IMG/VR virus record: IMGVR_UViG_3300005764_000064
Coordinates: 1-29,318 of that record
Source: a virus
Taxonomy: Duplodnaviria; Caudoviricetes
Length of the DNA stretch: 29,318 nucleotides
Direction: 5' to 3' (one strand)
Shown: positions 1-9,092 of the stretch, piece after piece
Layout of the letters: each line of letters opens with the position of its first letter
How positions within the stretch are numbered: position 1 is the stretch's first letter
Program-made: the position numbers and the translations under genes
The notes under the pieces: model-generated
Database searches by the model: none
What the model saw: the letters and a program-made list of their open reading frames with translations, nothing else
What the model was told of the DNA's origin: nothing

Positions 1-3000
1 GCCCGAGCAGTCGAAGCCGCCGGGCGACTCGCCGCCCCAGACGTAGGGCGTGCCCAGGTAATGCTCGGCCAGCGCGATGGCACCGCGGGCCTGCGGCGCT
101 GCCGGTCCGCCCTTCGGCAGCTCGAAGTTGATCCCGGCGACGTTGCCCGAGAGCGGACGGCTGGAGAGCGTGTGCAGCGTCTGCTCCAAGACCTGGGCCG
201 GGTTGTAATGGCCCGAGGCCAGCGAGGCCTCCATCGCGTTCATCAGGGCCTCGACATGGCCACCGCCGCTCGGCGACCCGGCAGGAGCCTCGAAGCCGCC
301 CATGGCCGCAGGAGCGAACTGGTGGCCTCCTGCGCCACCCCCTGCATGCCAGCCGCCACCCACGCCCGGCACGCTCGTGTAGCCACCGCCGGAGTAGGCG
401 TGCAGCGCAGCGGCCATGTTGCCGCCGTGGGTCACGAGCAGATGGTGCAGCGTCTGGGCGGCGTAGTCCGCCTGCTCCTGGGTCGAGGCGTTCCACTTCG
501 TCGTGCCGAACAGCCCGCCGTAGCCAAGGTGGTTGACCGCCGGGTTGGGGAACGTGCGTCCCGACTCGATCGCCCAGATGCCCGCAAGCGTCTGGGCTGG
601 GACGTTGTAGCGGGCAGCGGCACTGGAGATCGCTCCGGCCAGCTCGTGCGGCAGGCCTCCCGTGTGGACTGCAGCGAGCTGGCGGGCCGGTGGGTTGACC
701 GCAGCCCCGGCGGTGGGAGTGGCGACGGCGGAGCCGAGCACGCCGCCGATCCCGTGAATCACGTCGCCGAATCCATGCTCGATCGAGTGCACGACCCCGC
801 CGCCGTGATGGACGGGCTGCGTGCCGGGACCCTCCTGCTGCAGGCCCTGCTTGGCCCGCACGACCTTGTCCACCGCGCCCAGGTACTTGTCGTAGTAGGG
901 CGCGATCAGCTTGCGCACGTCGAGGTAGTACGTCTCCGCCTCGGCTGCCGTCATCTTGGGGGGCATCGGCGGCAACGGCTGGGTCGGGTAGCGCTCGTTG
1001 AAGACCTTGCGGGCCGCTGCGGCCTTGTCGTACGAGGACTGCCCGGCGTAGATCGCCTGGTCGAGCACGCCCTTCCAGTGCGAGTCGCGGATCACCGCCG
1101 CGGGTGGCTTGCCGAGACCGGCGATCTGCATGTCCTTGGTCAGCTTGTCCATCTGCTTCTGGCCCGCGGGCGGCAGTCCGTAGGTGTGGACGCCGATGCC
1201 CAGCCATGGGCCGGGAGCCAGGTACTCCTTGTCGGTCGGCAGCGCGGCCATGTCCTGGGACACCAGCGGCAGCATGTGGTTGAGCCAGATGTTCGAGGTC
1301 ACTGCCCGGCCCGGATGCCAGGCATGGCCCGGACCGAACCACTCCGAGGGGTTGACCGGCGGCAACAGGCCCTTGGGCCAGCCGAGCTGCGCCCAGCCGA
1401 GCGGCTCACCCGTAGCCGGGTCTTTCTGCTGTAGCGCCTCGACCGCACCGCCCGGCACCGGAGCGAGCTTGTTCTGGAAGAAGCGCCAGAGGATGTCGGC
1501 CATGCTGGACGCCCCAGGACCGCCGGTCAGCTTCTCCGCCCTGCCGGTGACCGAGCTGGTGATCTTGCGCTCGTACAGCTGGGCGGCGATGCGGATCGGG
1601 TCTTGGAAGCCGCCGAAGAGGTCGATCCTGCTGTTGCCGATCATCACCCTGCCGAAGTTGGCGCTGGTCGGGTCCATGCCCACGTTCGCTCCGGCCAGCT
1701 TGAGCGAGTTCATCACGGCATAGGCCGTGCCCAGGAGCCGCACCATCCCCTTCGCCGCCTCCCGGCGGGCGAACGGGTGCAGCGAGTAGTAGTAAACAGG
1801 CGACATGAAGTTGACCCGCGAGGCCAGCAGCCGGGGCGAGAAGAAGGTGGACTGCAGGGCTTCCGTGTAGCGCTTGAGGACGCCGAGATCGCCACGCCCC
1901 GTGGCGCTGCCGACGAACTTGCCGATCGACTCCAGGGCGTGCGGGTCGGCCAGATCGTGACCCTGGCCTGCGGCCTTGCGCACGAGCTTCTCGAACAGCG
2001 CCATCCGCGCCCCGTTCAAGGCCCCCGAGTAGCTGCGGTCGGAGGCCTTGACCATCCTGCCGAAGCCGGGAATCCGCTCGGCCAGGATCGACATGTACTG
2101 CTCCTCGCGGGTCAATGGATCGACACCGAGGTCGGTGAACGGAACCCCGGCCTTGACGGCCAGCGCGTACAGCGGATGGTCCTCGATCGCCTTCATCCAA
2201 TCCTCATGGAAGGAGGCCGAGAAGAGCGCCCGGTACATCTTGACCGGCTGCTTGGCCCAGATCTCCGGCGAGTGCATCAGCACCATCATCATGTGCCGGA
2301 ACATCGCCGACTGGTCCATCGTGGCCTCCATCGAGCGCGGCAAGTTCACGATCTCGCGCAGCCAGTCCTGCGGCTTGGCTGTCTTGGCCCAGCTGCGGAT
2401 CGTCTCGGCATTCACCTCCTTGCCGAAGAGCCGGTGCAGGAGCTTGGCCTCGGCTGGTTGCGGCCTCTCCCCGTTGACCACCTTGAGCAGGGCCTCGCGG
2501 GCGTTGCGCTGTGTGAAGCCCTGGCCCTCCAGGGTCGGGTGGTGAGTGACGAAGTTGAGCAGGAAGTCGATGCCCTTCTGGTCAACCTCCGGCTTCTGGC
2601 CCAGATCGACGCCGGAGTAGACGCCCTTGAGTGGGGCCATGCTCGCGTAGTGACCCTCCAGGCCTCCACCGCCGCTCTCGAAGGCGTCCATGCTGGCAGC
2701 CGAGCGGGCCTTCAGCTCGGGCGAGCGCAACGCCCTCGTCTCGGCCTGGGCCTGGCGGGCCGAGCGCACGTCCGCCTTGGCCCCGACCTTGCCGTACTCG
2801 CCCAGGCTCTGCAGGTCCGCCTCGCTCAGCCGACCCGCCATCACACGCCGAATCTCCGCACCGCCGGGTCCGCCGGTCGCTGCCGACTCCTCACCCGGCT
2901 CCATGCGAGGGATCTTGGCGTGCTTGATGTCGTGGCCCTCGGCCTGGGCGATCTCGTTCAGGTGGTTCAGGTAGGCGTCAGCGGCCTCGGGGTCACGCGG

Positions 3001-6000
3001 GAAGTAGGTCGGCATCATGCCCGCCTGGGTGCCGATGAAGCGGCCCGAGACCCGCAGGTAGCGCAGCAGGGCCTGGCCGATCTCCGAGCTGTTCTCGTGC
3101 CCGGCCAGCGTCCTGTAGGCGGCACGCTCGGCGTCGGTGATCGGGACGAGATCCTTCTGGTCGATCACCCGCTGCAGCTCGGGCCGCAGCGTGTCGAGGA
3201 TGTCCACCCAGTTGCGGGGCACGTCCCTACCCTCGTGCAGGAAGGTCAGCCAGCCGTTGGCGAAGTGCTCCTCGGCTGCCGTGTCCCAGGCCTGGCCCGG
3301 CTTCAGCCCGGCACCCTCGCGGAAGACGGCCTCCAGCTCGGGACTCAGGTGGCCACGGACATGGTGCATCAGCTCGTGCTGCAGCGTGCTCACGTCGGCC
3401 AGGTTGGTCTCGTGGATGATCCCGTGACCCGGCATGCTCGGGATCCGCTCGTAGAGGCCCTTGTACTCGACGCCCCGCTTCTGGCCCGCCCCCATCACGG
3501 CCTCGCCCGCCGTACGCGGCGGCTCCTTGAACTCCTGGCGCAGCGGCACTGCGTCACTGGAGAGCTGCTTGGCCTGCTCCCAGTCCGTCAGGTAGCGCCC
3601 TGGGACCTCCTGGGCACCGTGGGCCATGAAGACGATGTCGGGGTTGTCGTGGGCGGCGTAGTCCCAGCCCTCGGGGGCGAACTCGGGATTGAAGCGCATC
3701 CGCGCCACCTCGCGGAACCCGGCGTTGTGGTAGATCCCCGACAAGGCTCCGTCGAAGTTGTCCAGCGTCCTGGCTCCGTTGGCGATGGCCTGCTCGACCG
3801 CCACCGCCCCGGCACCCTTGACGCCCTCCGGGTTGCGGAAGACGTTGATCAGGTCGCCGCCCCGCGTGATCGCGTAGCCAGCGTGGCCGTCGTGGGAGAG
3901 GAAGACCCGAGCGCCGGAGCTGGTCAGCTCCTCGGGCGTGTAGGGAGTGAGGAACTCCTTGCGCGGGTTACGCGCAGCCGCCTCTACGAAGGCTGAAACG
4001 TGAGCCGGTTCGGAACTTTCGGTGAAGCGAACGTCGGGTCGTCCTCGTCCAGCGGCTTCAAGCTGGGCGGCGGCTGCTTCGGCTCTGGCTTGGGCTGCTG
4101 CTGCTTCATCGCCCGGAAGTGTACCCCGCTGGTAGAGATACGGATCGCCCGTGGCCGGGTTGATCTCGCCGACCTGCTCGGGAGTCGGTGCGCGGTACAG
4201 CTCCTGGCCGCGGGCATAGGCGTCGTTGGCCGTGCTCAGGTAGCCCGCTCCGCCCTTGGGCGTGAAGTCCGGGTTGCGCAGGCCTGCCGCGTAGTGCTCC
4301 CTGGCCCAGGCGCTGCGAGCCTGTAGCAGCTTCTTGTTCGCGCCGGTCAGCTTCTGGGACGAGAAGCCCGGCGGCAGCTCCAGATGCTTGGGCAGCAGGC
4401 CTGTCTTCTCGGCATGGCGCAGCACCGCCTTGTACTCCTGGGTCAGGCCCATCTGATCGGCCTTCCAGGGCACCCAGGCCGCAGCCTGCACCTCCTCCGG
4501 CGACCAGCCGAGCTTCTCCGCCGTGCGGATCATCACGGACTTGAGCTTCTCGTACTGAGCCTCGGTGACCGCCTGCTTGCCCAGGAACATGTTGGCCATG
4601 TGGCGGTCGATCGTGGCGTGCTGGGCATCGGCCCCGTACATGCGGGCGTACTCCGCGGGGTCGAGCCGCTTGAGGAAGTTGGCGAAGTAGTTGTTGGTCT
4701 TCACCCCGGACCAGTCGAAGGTCTCCGGGTTCTCGATGATGTGCTTCACCTTCGTGAACTGCCCGCCCATCATCGTGTGCGAGATGTCCTCGCCCCGCTG
4801 GATGGCCTTGACGGCCTCGGCTGCCCGCTTCAGGTTGAAGGTCGGGTTGGCGCTCTGCGAGGTGACGGCCACGATCCCTGCCGCCTGCTTGTCGGAGATC
4901 CCCGTGCGGGCCGCGAAGTCCTTGATCACGGCAGCGCCGCGGTCGTACCAGTCACGGTACTCGGCCCCGCGCTTGATCAGGTTGTAGACCTGCGGTGTCA
5001 GACCCTTGAGCCGCAGCCGGGACGGCATGCCCGCGGCAGGATCGAGCGGCGGAGCCTTCTGGTACAGCTGCTGCGGGTGCAGCTCCCAGGGCAGATCGAC
5101 ACCGCCCTGGTGCAGCTGGGTCAGCTCGTGGCCCGCAGCCAGCTGGTCGAGCATGTGCGGCGAGGTGGCGTGCAGCGTGTCGATGAAGTCCCGAGGCCTG
5201 ACGCCTGCCTGCTTGGCGGCGTTGATCATCACCTGATCGAAGGCACGCTTGCGGTTGGTGGCCTCCAGCCGGGTGATGTCGCCGGTCAAGGCCTGGGAGT
5301 CGATGTGGGCGAAGCGCTGTGCCCTGGCAGCGCTGGCCGCGAAGGCCCGGCCCTGCCTGGTCAGCACCGGGAAGCGCTGGATCGCAGGCCGGATCAGGCC
5401 CTCGTTGCCCCGGTAGGCCTCGACCGTCCTGCCAGCGCCCTTGCTCATGGCGTCGGCGGTCTGGAACAGGAGCTGGGCGCGGCGCTCGTCCCCGGCGGCT
5501 GCGGCAGCCCTGGCCGCTGCGATCACCCTGGCGGTCTCGACGCCGCCCTCGGTCAGTGCGCCCGCCACCCGCAGCGGACCGGCACCGAGGGTCAGGCCCG
5601 ACCAGACCCAGTCCTGCCAGCTCGGAGTCTTGCCCTCGGCCAGCTTGACCACGGCGGGCAGGGCGACCGTGCCGACACCCTTGGCCACGTTCATCGAGAA
5701 GCGCTCCTGCTGACGCCGCAACATCTCGGCCCGTGCGTGCTGGCCGCGAATGTCCGCAGCGGCGATCTGGGCGGGCCGGACGAACACCCCGTAGCCGAAG
5801 TGGCCGAGCGCGTGCCCGGCGACGCTGATCGGATCGAAGTTCGAGGGGTCGTAGCGCCGCAGCGCCTGGTTCAGGTCGTTCTGGAAGTGCGGGTTACGAG
5901 CCTGCTCGGCCTTGAGCTGGGCAGCGAGCCTGGGCGACTGCTCGCCGTGCAGGCCGATCCTCGCGGCGTAGTTCTGCAGTCGCTGCTGGTAGTGCACCTG

Positions 6001-6306
6001 GCCCATCAGCCGCTGCCGCTGGGCGAGCTGAGAGTCGATGTAGGACGCCTGCGCGAAGCCGACGGTGCGCATCCTCTGGAACGGCGCCAGCTGCTGGTAG
6101 CGGGCGATCGAGATCGTGCCCTTGGGCGGCGGTGCCGGGCGCGGTCGCGGCCCCGGCAGCGGGACCAGGCCTGGCAGCCCCCGCAGATGCAGGGGCGGAG
6201 ACGGGTGGAATGTGGTGGGTGGGATGCGCGGCTGCCTCGGTGTCCGTACGGGACCCAGAGTCGGGCGCGGCTGCCTGACCGCGATGCCAGGGCCAGCTAC
6301 GCGCAT
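1..6306 (-). CDS. Giant multidomain virion (ejection/polyvalent) protein, >2102 aa, 3' end outside window
   Basis: ATG at 6306 directly after the TAG of the upstream gene; frame open to base 1 (MRVAGPGIAVRQPR...AIALAEHYLGTPYVWGGESPGGFDCSG). The long + ORFs 61-1434, 1603-3996 and 4384-6381 are its antisense shadows in the same register. Motifs: WY..TIDRH..VQAAAW, GAG..F/YxxxGF, HELMH..EEHFA, IESG..GLFG, GxPYxWGG..FDCSG. Confidence 0.93.
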   Translation of the reverse strand, partial: MRVAGPGIAVRQPRPTLGPVRTPRQPRIPPTTFHPSPPLHLRGLPGLVPLPGPRPRPAPPPKGTISIARYQQLAPFQRMRTVGFAQASYIDSQLAQRQRLMGQVHYQQRLQNYAARIGLHGEQSPRLAAQLKAEQARNPHFQNDLNQALRRYDPSNFDPISVAGHALGHFGYGVFVRPAQIAAADIRGQHARAEMLRRQQERFSMNVAKGVGTVALPAVVKLAEGKTPSWQDWVWSGLTLGAGPLRVAGALTEGGVETARVIAAARAAAAAGDERRAQLLFQTADAMSKGAGRTVEAYRGNEGLIRPAIQRFPVLTRQGRAFAASAARAQRFAHIDSQALTGDITRLEATNRKRAFDQVMINAAKQAGVRPRDFIDTLHATSPHMLDQLAAGHELTQLHQGGVDLPWELHPQQLYQKAPPLDPAAGMPSRLRLKGLTPQVYNLIKRGAEYRDWYDRGAAVIKDFAARTGISDKQAAGIVAVTSQSANPTFNLKRAAEAVKAIQRGEDISHTMMGGQFTKVKHIIENPETFDWSGVKTNNYFANFLKRLDPAEYARMYGADAQHATIDRHMANMFLGKQAVTEAQYEKLKSVMIRTAEKLGWSPEEVQAAAWVPWKADQMGLTQEYKAVLRHAEKTGLLPKHLELPPGFSSQKLTGANKKLLQARSAWAREHYAAGLRNPDFTPKGGAGYLSTANDAYARGQELYRAPTPEQVGEINPATGDPYLYQRGTLPGDEAAAAQARAEAAAAQLEAAGRGRPDVRFTESSEPAHVSAFVEAAARNPRKEFLTPYTPEELTSSGARVFLSHDGHAGYAITRGGDLINVFRNPEGVKGAGAVAVEQAIANGARTLDNFDGALSGIYHNAGFREVARMRFNPEFAPEGWDYAAHDNPDIVFMAHGAQEVPGRYLTDWEQAKQLSSDAVPLRQEFKEPPRTAGEAVMGAGQKRGVEYKGLYERIPSMPGHGIIHETNLADVSTLQHELMHHVRGHLSPELEAVFREGAGLKPGQAWDTAAEEHFANGWLTFLHEGRDVPRNWVDILDTLRPELQRVIDQKDLVPITDAERAAYRTLAGHENSSEIGQALLRYLRVSGRFIGTQAGMMPTYFPRDPEAADAYLNHLNEIAQAEGHDIKHAKIPRMEPGEESAATGGPGGAEIRRVMAGRLSEADLQSLGEYGKVGAKADVRSARQAQAETRALRSPELKARSAASMDAFESGGGGLEGHYASMAPLKGVYSGVDLGQKPEVDQKGIDFLLNFVTHHPTLEGQGFTQRNAREALLKVVNGERPQPAEAKLLHRLFGKEVNAETIRSWAKTAKPQDWLREIVNLPRSMEATMDQSAMFRHMMMVLMHSPEIWAKQPVKMYRALFSASFHEDWMKAIEDHPLYALAVKAGVPFTDLGVDPLTREEQYMSILAERIPGFGRMVKASDRSYSGALNGARMALFEKLVRKAAGQGHDLADPHALESIGKFVGSATGRGDLGVLKRYTEALQSTFFSPRLLASRVNFMSPVYYYSLHPFARREAAKGMVRLLGTAYAVMNSLKLAGANVGMDPTSANFGRVMIGNSRIDLFGGFQDPIRIAAQLYERKITSSVTGRAEKLTGGPGASSMADILWRFFQNKLAPVPGGAVEALQQKDPATGEPLGWAQLGWPKGLLPPVNPSEWFGPGHAWHPGRAVTSNIWLNHMLPLVSQDMAALPTDKEYLAPGPWLGIGVHTYGLPPAGQKQMDKLTKDMQIAGLGKPPAAVIRDSHWKGVLDQAIYAGQSSYDKAAAARKVFNERYPTQPLPPMPPKMTAAEAETYYLDVRKLIAPYYDKYLGAVDKVVRAKQGLQQEGPGTQPVHHGGGVVHSIEHGFGDVIHGIGGVLGSAVATPTAGAAVNPPARQLAAVHTGGLPHELAGAISSAAARYNVPAQTLAGIWAIESGRTFPNPAVNHLGYGGLFGTTKWNASTQEQADYAAQTLHHLLVTHGGNMAAALHAYSGGGYTSVPGVGGGWHAGGGAGGHQFAPAAMGGFEAPAGSPSGGGHVEALMNAMEASLASGHYNPAQVLEQTLHTLSSRPLSGNVAGINFELPKGGPAAPQARGAIALAEHYLGTPYVWGGESPGGFDCSG

Positions 6307-7527
6307 CTACTTCTTCCCAGGCCGCTGGCCGTTCGCCTTGATCCCGCTCCTGAACAAGACCTTGCGGGCGTTCGCCCTTGACAGGCCGTAGGCGTTGACG
6401 AGGATCTTGATCATCTGGTGGAACGGGGGACGGCTGAAGCCCGGCGTCGGGCCTCCGGCGATGCCGGGGTCGATCCAGGTCGATTGGACGTGCTTCCAGG
6501 CTGCCTTCCAGTCCGTCGAGCCTGGACCCGTGTTGGCCCCGCTCCTGCCGCCGTAGACCGCGGCTGCCACCGGGATGTGCTTGCCGGTCTTCGGGTCGGT
6601 GATCGCGTTGCCCGCGTGATCGACGAGATAGCCCCTGGCCTTGGAGCCGGAGTAGTCGATCCCGCCGAGCCTGGCCGCGGCGGTGGCCGCGTTACGGGCG
6701 CTGATGTCGATCTGACGCCCGCGCAGGATCAGTCCCTGCTGCTGGATCAGCCTGGAGGTGTTGGCCCGCTCGCGGGCCGTGATCGCATTGGCCTGCTCGA
6801 TGTTGATCCGCTGCTGGCCCTGCCGTACCTGCGCGTTGCGGTAGCCCGTGAGGGCGTTCTGGGCCTGCTGCTGGATGTAGGCCGAGCGCTTGTCCAGCTC
6901 GTTCTTCTGCAGCTCGGCCATGATCTGCTGCCTGAGCTGCGGCTCCTGCGCCGCCAGATTGAGCATGTCCTGCGTGTACTGCTCGTCGGCCTGCGTCTGT
7001 TGGGCCTGGGCACCGGTCAGCGTGTTCATCGTCTGGCCGACCGAGATGCCCGGCTGCTGCGAGGCCTGGGTGATCGCGGCAGCAGCCTGCGCCTCGTTGG
7101 AGGCTCCGGGGATATAGCCGCCGAGCGCGTACATGGCGTTCTGCATCCCGGTCGTGTCCTGCCCGGCCAACTGCCCGCCGGGGGCGAGCTGGTCGATCAT
7201 GGCCTGGTGCTGGGCGACCTGCTGCTGTACGTCCTGGGCCATCTGGCCCGAGTAGCCCGCGGCCAGGTTTCCCTGGGCCGCTGCGGCGTCCTGGTAGGCC
7301 GCTCCGGCCATCGGCGCTACATCCTTGAGGATCCCGGCGGCAGCCGTGCCGAAGCCGGAGATCGCCGCCTGCGCCGCCCTGGCGCGTGCGTCTGCCTGCT
7401 GCTGCTGGAGCAGGATCGGAGCCTGCTGGGCCTTGATCGAGGCAGCGACCTGCCGGTTGGCCTGCTGGCCCAGCTGCTTGGCGTTGTAGAAGCGGATCGG
7501 CGGCGGCTTGAAGATTCCCCTGGCCAT
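6307..7527 (-). CDS. Gln/Ala-rich putative ejection (internal virion) protein, 406 aa
   Basis: Low-complexity Q/A/G helical composition, basic C-terminus, position between nozzle and giant protein as for podovirus ejection proteins; TGATG coupling. Confidence 0.7.
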   Translation of the reverse strand: MARGIFKPPPIRFYNAKQLGQQANRQVAASIKAQQAPILLQQQQADARARAAQAAISGFGTAAAGILKDVAPMAGAAYQDAAAAQGNLAAGYSGQMAQDVQQQVAQHQAMIDQLAPGGQLAGQDTTGMQNAMYALGGYIPGASNEAQAAAAITQASQQPGISVGQTMNTLTGAQAQQTQADEQYTQDMLNLAAQEPQLRQQIMAELQKNELDKRSAYIQQQAQNALTGYRNAQVRQGQQRINIEQANAITARERANTSRLIQQQGLILRGRQIDISARNAATAAARLGGIDYSGSKARGYLVDHAGNAITDPKTGKHIPVAAAVYGGRSGANTGPGSTDWKAAWKHVQSTWIDPGIAGGPTPGFSRPPFHQMIKILVNAYGLSRANARKVLFRSGIKANGQRPGKK

Positions 7528-8342
7528 CAGGAGGTCACCGCCGGTCTCCCGCCGCCACCACCGCGACCACCGCGACCGCCGCGGCCACCCCTGCCACCTC
7601 TGCCACCCCTACCGCCACCGCCACCGCCTGTCGGCGTCGGGGTCGGCGCGGGTGGCGTGAAGGCCACGAGGTTGCCGGTACTCGGGTCGATCGAGTACAG
7701 GTCACCCGCACCACCGGGACCCTGGTAGATGGGCTGGTTGTACAGCTTCAGCCAGTTCTGGACGAGGTTGGCGTTGACCGCCTCGGTCGGCTGGTAGAGC
7801 GGGTTGGCCTCCAGCGTCTGCTGGGCAGCACTGAGCACGCCGGGCAGCTGGTCTTTCCAGTTCTGCACCGCCCCGGTGAAGGCATCGACGGCCTGGCCAT
7901 AGTTGGAGCCGAAGGCGCTCCCGGCGTCGTACAGAGCCTGCTGCGAGGCCGTATCGAGGTTCTGCTGGCCCTGTACGAGATCGCCCGAGTGCAGAGCGCC
8001 CCTGGCTGCCAGACCGCTCAGCAGCGACTGCTGGCTCGCCGCCTGCTGGCGGGCGAGCTGGGCCATGGTCGAGTTCGGGTTCGCCCTGGCCTGGGCCAGG
8101 ATGTCCGGCGAGAGGTCGCCGTAGGCGTCCGTGAAGCCTGCGGGCAGCGCACCGCCGAACTGCAGCGCCAGCGCCCTGATCGCAGCCGTGCGGTTGGCTC
8201 CCGCGCTCACGGTCGGGTTGCCAGCCTGGTAGGCGAGGTACTCGGGGCTGCCCTTGATCAGACTCTGGTAGTCCGGCGTGTAGGCCGGGTGCAGCAGCAT
8301 CGACGAGGCCGGGGTCGGCCCCGAGTAGACCGGGACGGCCAT
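7527..8342 (-). CDS. Putative ejection protein with C-terminal PT linker and RGG repeats, 271 aa
   Basis: LAARG-L-SG motif and A/Q/G-rich body typical of small podovirus ejection proteins; ends PTPTPTGGGGGGR(GGR)5GGGGGRPAVTS. Confidence 0.7.
   Translation of the reverse strand: MAVPVYSGPTPASSMLLHPAYTPDYQSLIKGSPEYLAYQAGNPTVSAGANRTAAIRALALQFGGALPAGFTDAYGDLSPDILAQARANPNSTMAQLARQQAASQQSLLSGLAARGALHSGDLVQGQQNLDTASQQALYDAGSAFGSNYGQAVDAFTGAVQNWKDQLPGVLSAAQQTLEANPLYQPTEAVNANLVQNWLKLYNQPIYQGPGGAGDLYSIDPSTGNLVAFTPPAPTPTPTGGGGGGRGGRGGRGGRGGRGGRGGGGGRPAVTS
7545..7628 (-). repeat. Coding 9-bp period repeat encoding (GGR)n
   Basis: ccaccgcga ccaccgcga ccgccgcgg ccacccctg ccacctctg ccaccccta: synonymously diverged units. 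Confidence 0.9.
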
Positions 8343-8345
8343 GAC

Positions 8346-8603
8346 CTAGAAGAGCCTCGACAGGGCACGCAGCGCGGCGACCGCTGCCGGGTGATAGCCG
8401 GGCCGTGGCGGGAAGTGCACCGGCCCACCGGGCGGCGGACCGAAGCCGGGATAGTGGATCGGACCGGGATAGTGGATCGGCAGATGCACCGGCCCCGGCT
8501 GTGGGTAGGCGACACCCGAGCCGCCCGGCCCGAACCAGTGAATGCCCGGCGTCGGCACAGGAGCCTGGCCGAATGCCACCTCGGGCGGTACGTTGATTGC
8601 CAT
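8346..8603 (-). CDS. Pro/Gly/His-rich small protein, 85 aa
   Basis: AAGGAG SD upstream of ATG; PIHYPG tandem duplication; fills gap between neighbours. Confidence 0.75.
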   Translation of the reverse strand: MAINVPPEVAFGQAPVPTPGIHWFGPGGSGVAYPQPGPVHLPIHYPGPIHYPGFGPPPGGPVHFPPRPGYHPAAVAALRALSRLF

Positions 8604-8612
8604 GCTCGCTCC

Positions 8613-9092
8613 TTAGGGTCGGAAGGTGATGCCGGACAGACTGAGGAAGATCGACGAGTAGCCGGGAAAGGCGGTCACAGTCCCGCTCGGAGCAATATCG
8701 ACACGGGCGAAGGCGTTGTTGGAATCGACCACGAAGAGGACGTTCTTCGGGGGCCGGTAGCCGCTCGGCAACGTGAAGATGATCCCACTCGTCCCGCCCA
8801 TCACCAGCCCCTGCAAGTGCACGATCCCGCTCAAGTCCTTGAAGAAGCAGCAGGTGTCCCAGTTGACCGGGTCGTAGTTCGTCCAGCTGTTCTGGAAGGC
8901 TGGCTCGCCCGCAGCGCCGACCTGATGTCTCTTCTCCGCCGTCGGCAGCTGGGAGTCCGAGATCTGGACCTGCGGGTTGCGCGTGATCTGGCCTCGCACC
9001 CAGGTGGCGAACTCCGCAGGCAGTGCGCTCGGGTCGCGCAGCACGTCCAGCACCTTGCTGTTGAAGCCCTGCGGCGGTGGCTTGGAGATCAT
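8613..9092 (-). CDS. Small tail protein with receptor-binding-head-like beta domain, 159 aa
   Basis: C-terminal FQNSW...GIVHLQGLV.GG...IFTLPSGYRP pattern common in phage tail/receptor-binding heads; ATGA overlap with nozzle. Confidence 0.7.
   Translation of the reverse strand: MISKPPPQGFNSKVLDVLRDPSALPAEFATWVRGQITRNPQVQISDSQLPTAEKRHQVGAAGEPAFQNSWTNYDPVNWDTCCFFKDLSGIVHLQGLVMGGTSGIIFTLPSGYRPPKNVLFVVDSNNAFARVDIAPSGTVTAFPGYSSIFLSLSGITFRP

Noticed and set aside
1-6306. Giant protein as N4-like virion RNA polymerase or tape measure
   Set aside because: No recognisable polymerase catalytic motifs in my translation; no periodic TMP repeats and no tail tube gene
61-6381. Long plus-strand ORFs (457, 797, 665 aa) and similar ones at 10825-12513, 17256-18722, 19936-22053 and 22287-24041
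   Set aside because: Antisense shadows of real minus-strand genes in high-GC DNA; no motifs or SDs
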